Both the position numbers and the translations under genes were made by a program. Below, piece by piece: positions 63,620-64,000 of a DNA stretch of 64,000 nt. The notes beneath the pieces are model-generated. The model had not been told where the DNA came from. It was given only the letters and a program-made list of their open reading frames with translations, and did no database searches. Each line of letters starts with the position of its first letter. Position 1 is the first letter of the stretch. Location: IMG/VR virus record IMGVR_UViG_3300044691_000229, positions 3,659 through 67,658 of that record; one strand, written 5' to 3'. Source of the DNA: a virus.

Positions 63620-63764
63620 AGCCGTTCCCACAAGAAGCGAAAGCCAGGGTGGCGGCGCCACGCGAGAAGCCAGCGCATCTTTCCATTATTCCAGCCGATG
63701 CCGTAGCTCGGGCCCCGGGTGAGGAAGAAGCCGATCGGAACAACGTCTTCACTTGAGATAATCT

Positions 63765-64000
63765 TCAATGGACTTTGTCCTCGCTAGTCGGGCACTGCAG
63801 GAGGCGCGAGACGATGTCGGCCACCGTGCCGGACTGTTTCTGGACCAGGTTCGTGAGCCCACCGATCGCCTTGTTGATGTTTTCCTCGGTGACGTCTCCG
63901 CGATCGTGGGAGACCTTGATGTTCAGCATCATCACCAGCTTGGCGGTCTGGCTATAGAGCCCCAGACACGAGAGCGCCATCTCGGCGAACTCCTTGCGCG
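63765..64000 (-). CDS. Hypothetical protein, probably 5'-truncated by the window edge
   Basis: The frame stays open to the end of the window. Confidence 0.5.
   Translation of the reverse strand, partial: RKEFAEMALSCLGLYSQTAKLVMMLNIKVSHDRGDVTEENINKAIGGLTNLVQKQSGTVADIVSRLLQCPTSEDKVH

Larger units (their letters stand above)
1..64000. mobile_element. Tailed dsDNA bacteriophage genome (podovirus-like), near complete
   Basis: Terminase, portal, scaffold, major capsid, tail/adaptor, ejection-type proteins, DNA polymerase, helicase and primase in two convergent arms; no host housekeeping genes; no tape-measure or sheath gene recognised. Confidence 0.95.

Noticed and set aside
1-64000. Integrase, repressor, tRNA or RNA polymerase genes
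   Set aside because: None recognised; lifestyle cannot be settled because the genome may extend beyond the window

Overview
The window is most or all of a GC-rich tailed dsDNA phage genome with podovirus-like organisation, probably infecting an alphaproteobacterium (inferred from CtrA-type boxes). The + strand arm (~1.5-25.1 kb) holds many small early genes, a MoxR-type ATPase/VWA pair, a family-A DNA polymerase, nucleotide-pool enzymes, nucleases, an SNF2 helicase and a primase-helicase. The - strand arm (~25-64 kb) holds terminase, portal, scaffold, major capsid, adaptor/tail proteins, lysis genes and large ejection-type proteins. An AT-rich iteron-like region lies at ~0.76-1.22 kb. I saw no integrase, tRNA or CRISPR array. 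Two features stand out. (1) A 15-bp palindrome, TTACCG-N3-CGGTAA, occurs 17 times with perfect arms plus 3 one-mismatch variants, often ~3 kb apart, mostly inside coding sequence in several frames and sometimes supplying stop codons; it looks like a genome-wide protein-binding array of unknown function. (2) A GT2-TPR glycosyltransferase, an HtrL-like protein and a sugar O-methyltransferase-like protein sit in the head-gene block beside Gly-Pro-Thr collagen-like proteins, resembling the BclA spore-glycoprotein system and suggesting virion fibre glycosylation. All functional calls come from reading motifs by eye; no database search was run.
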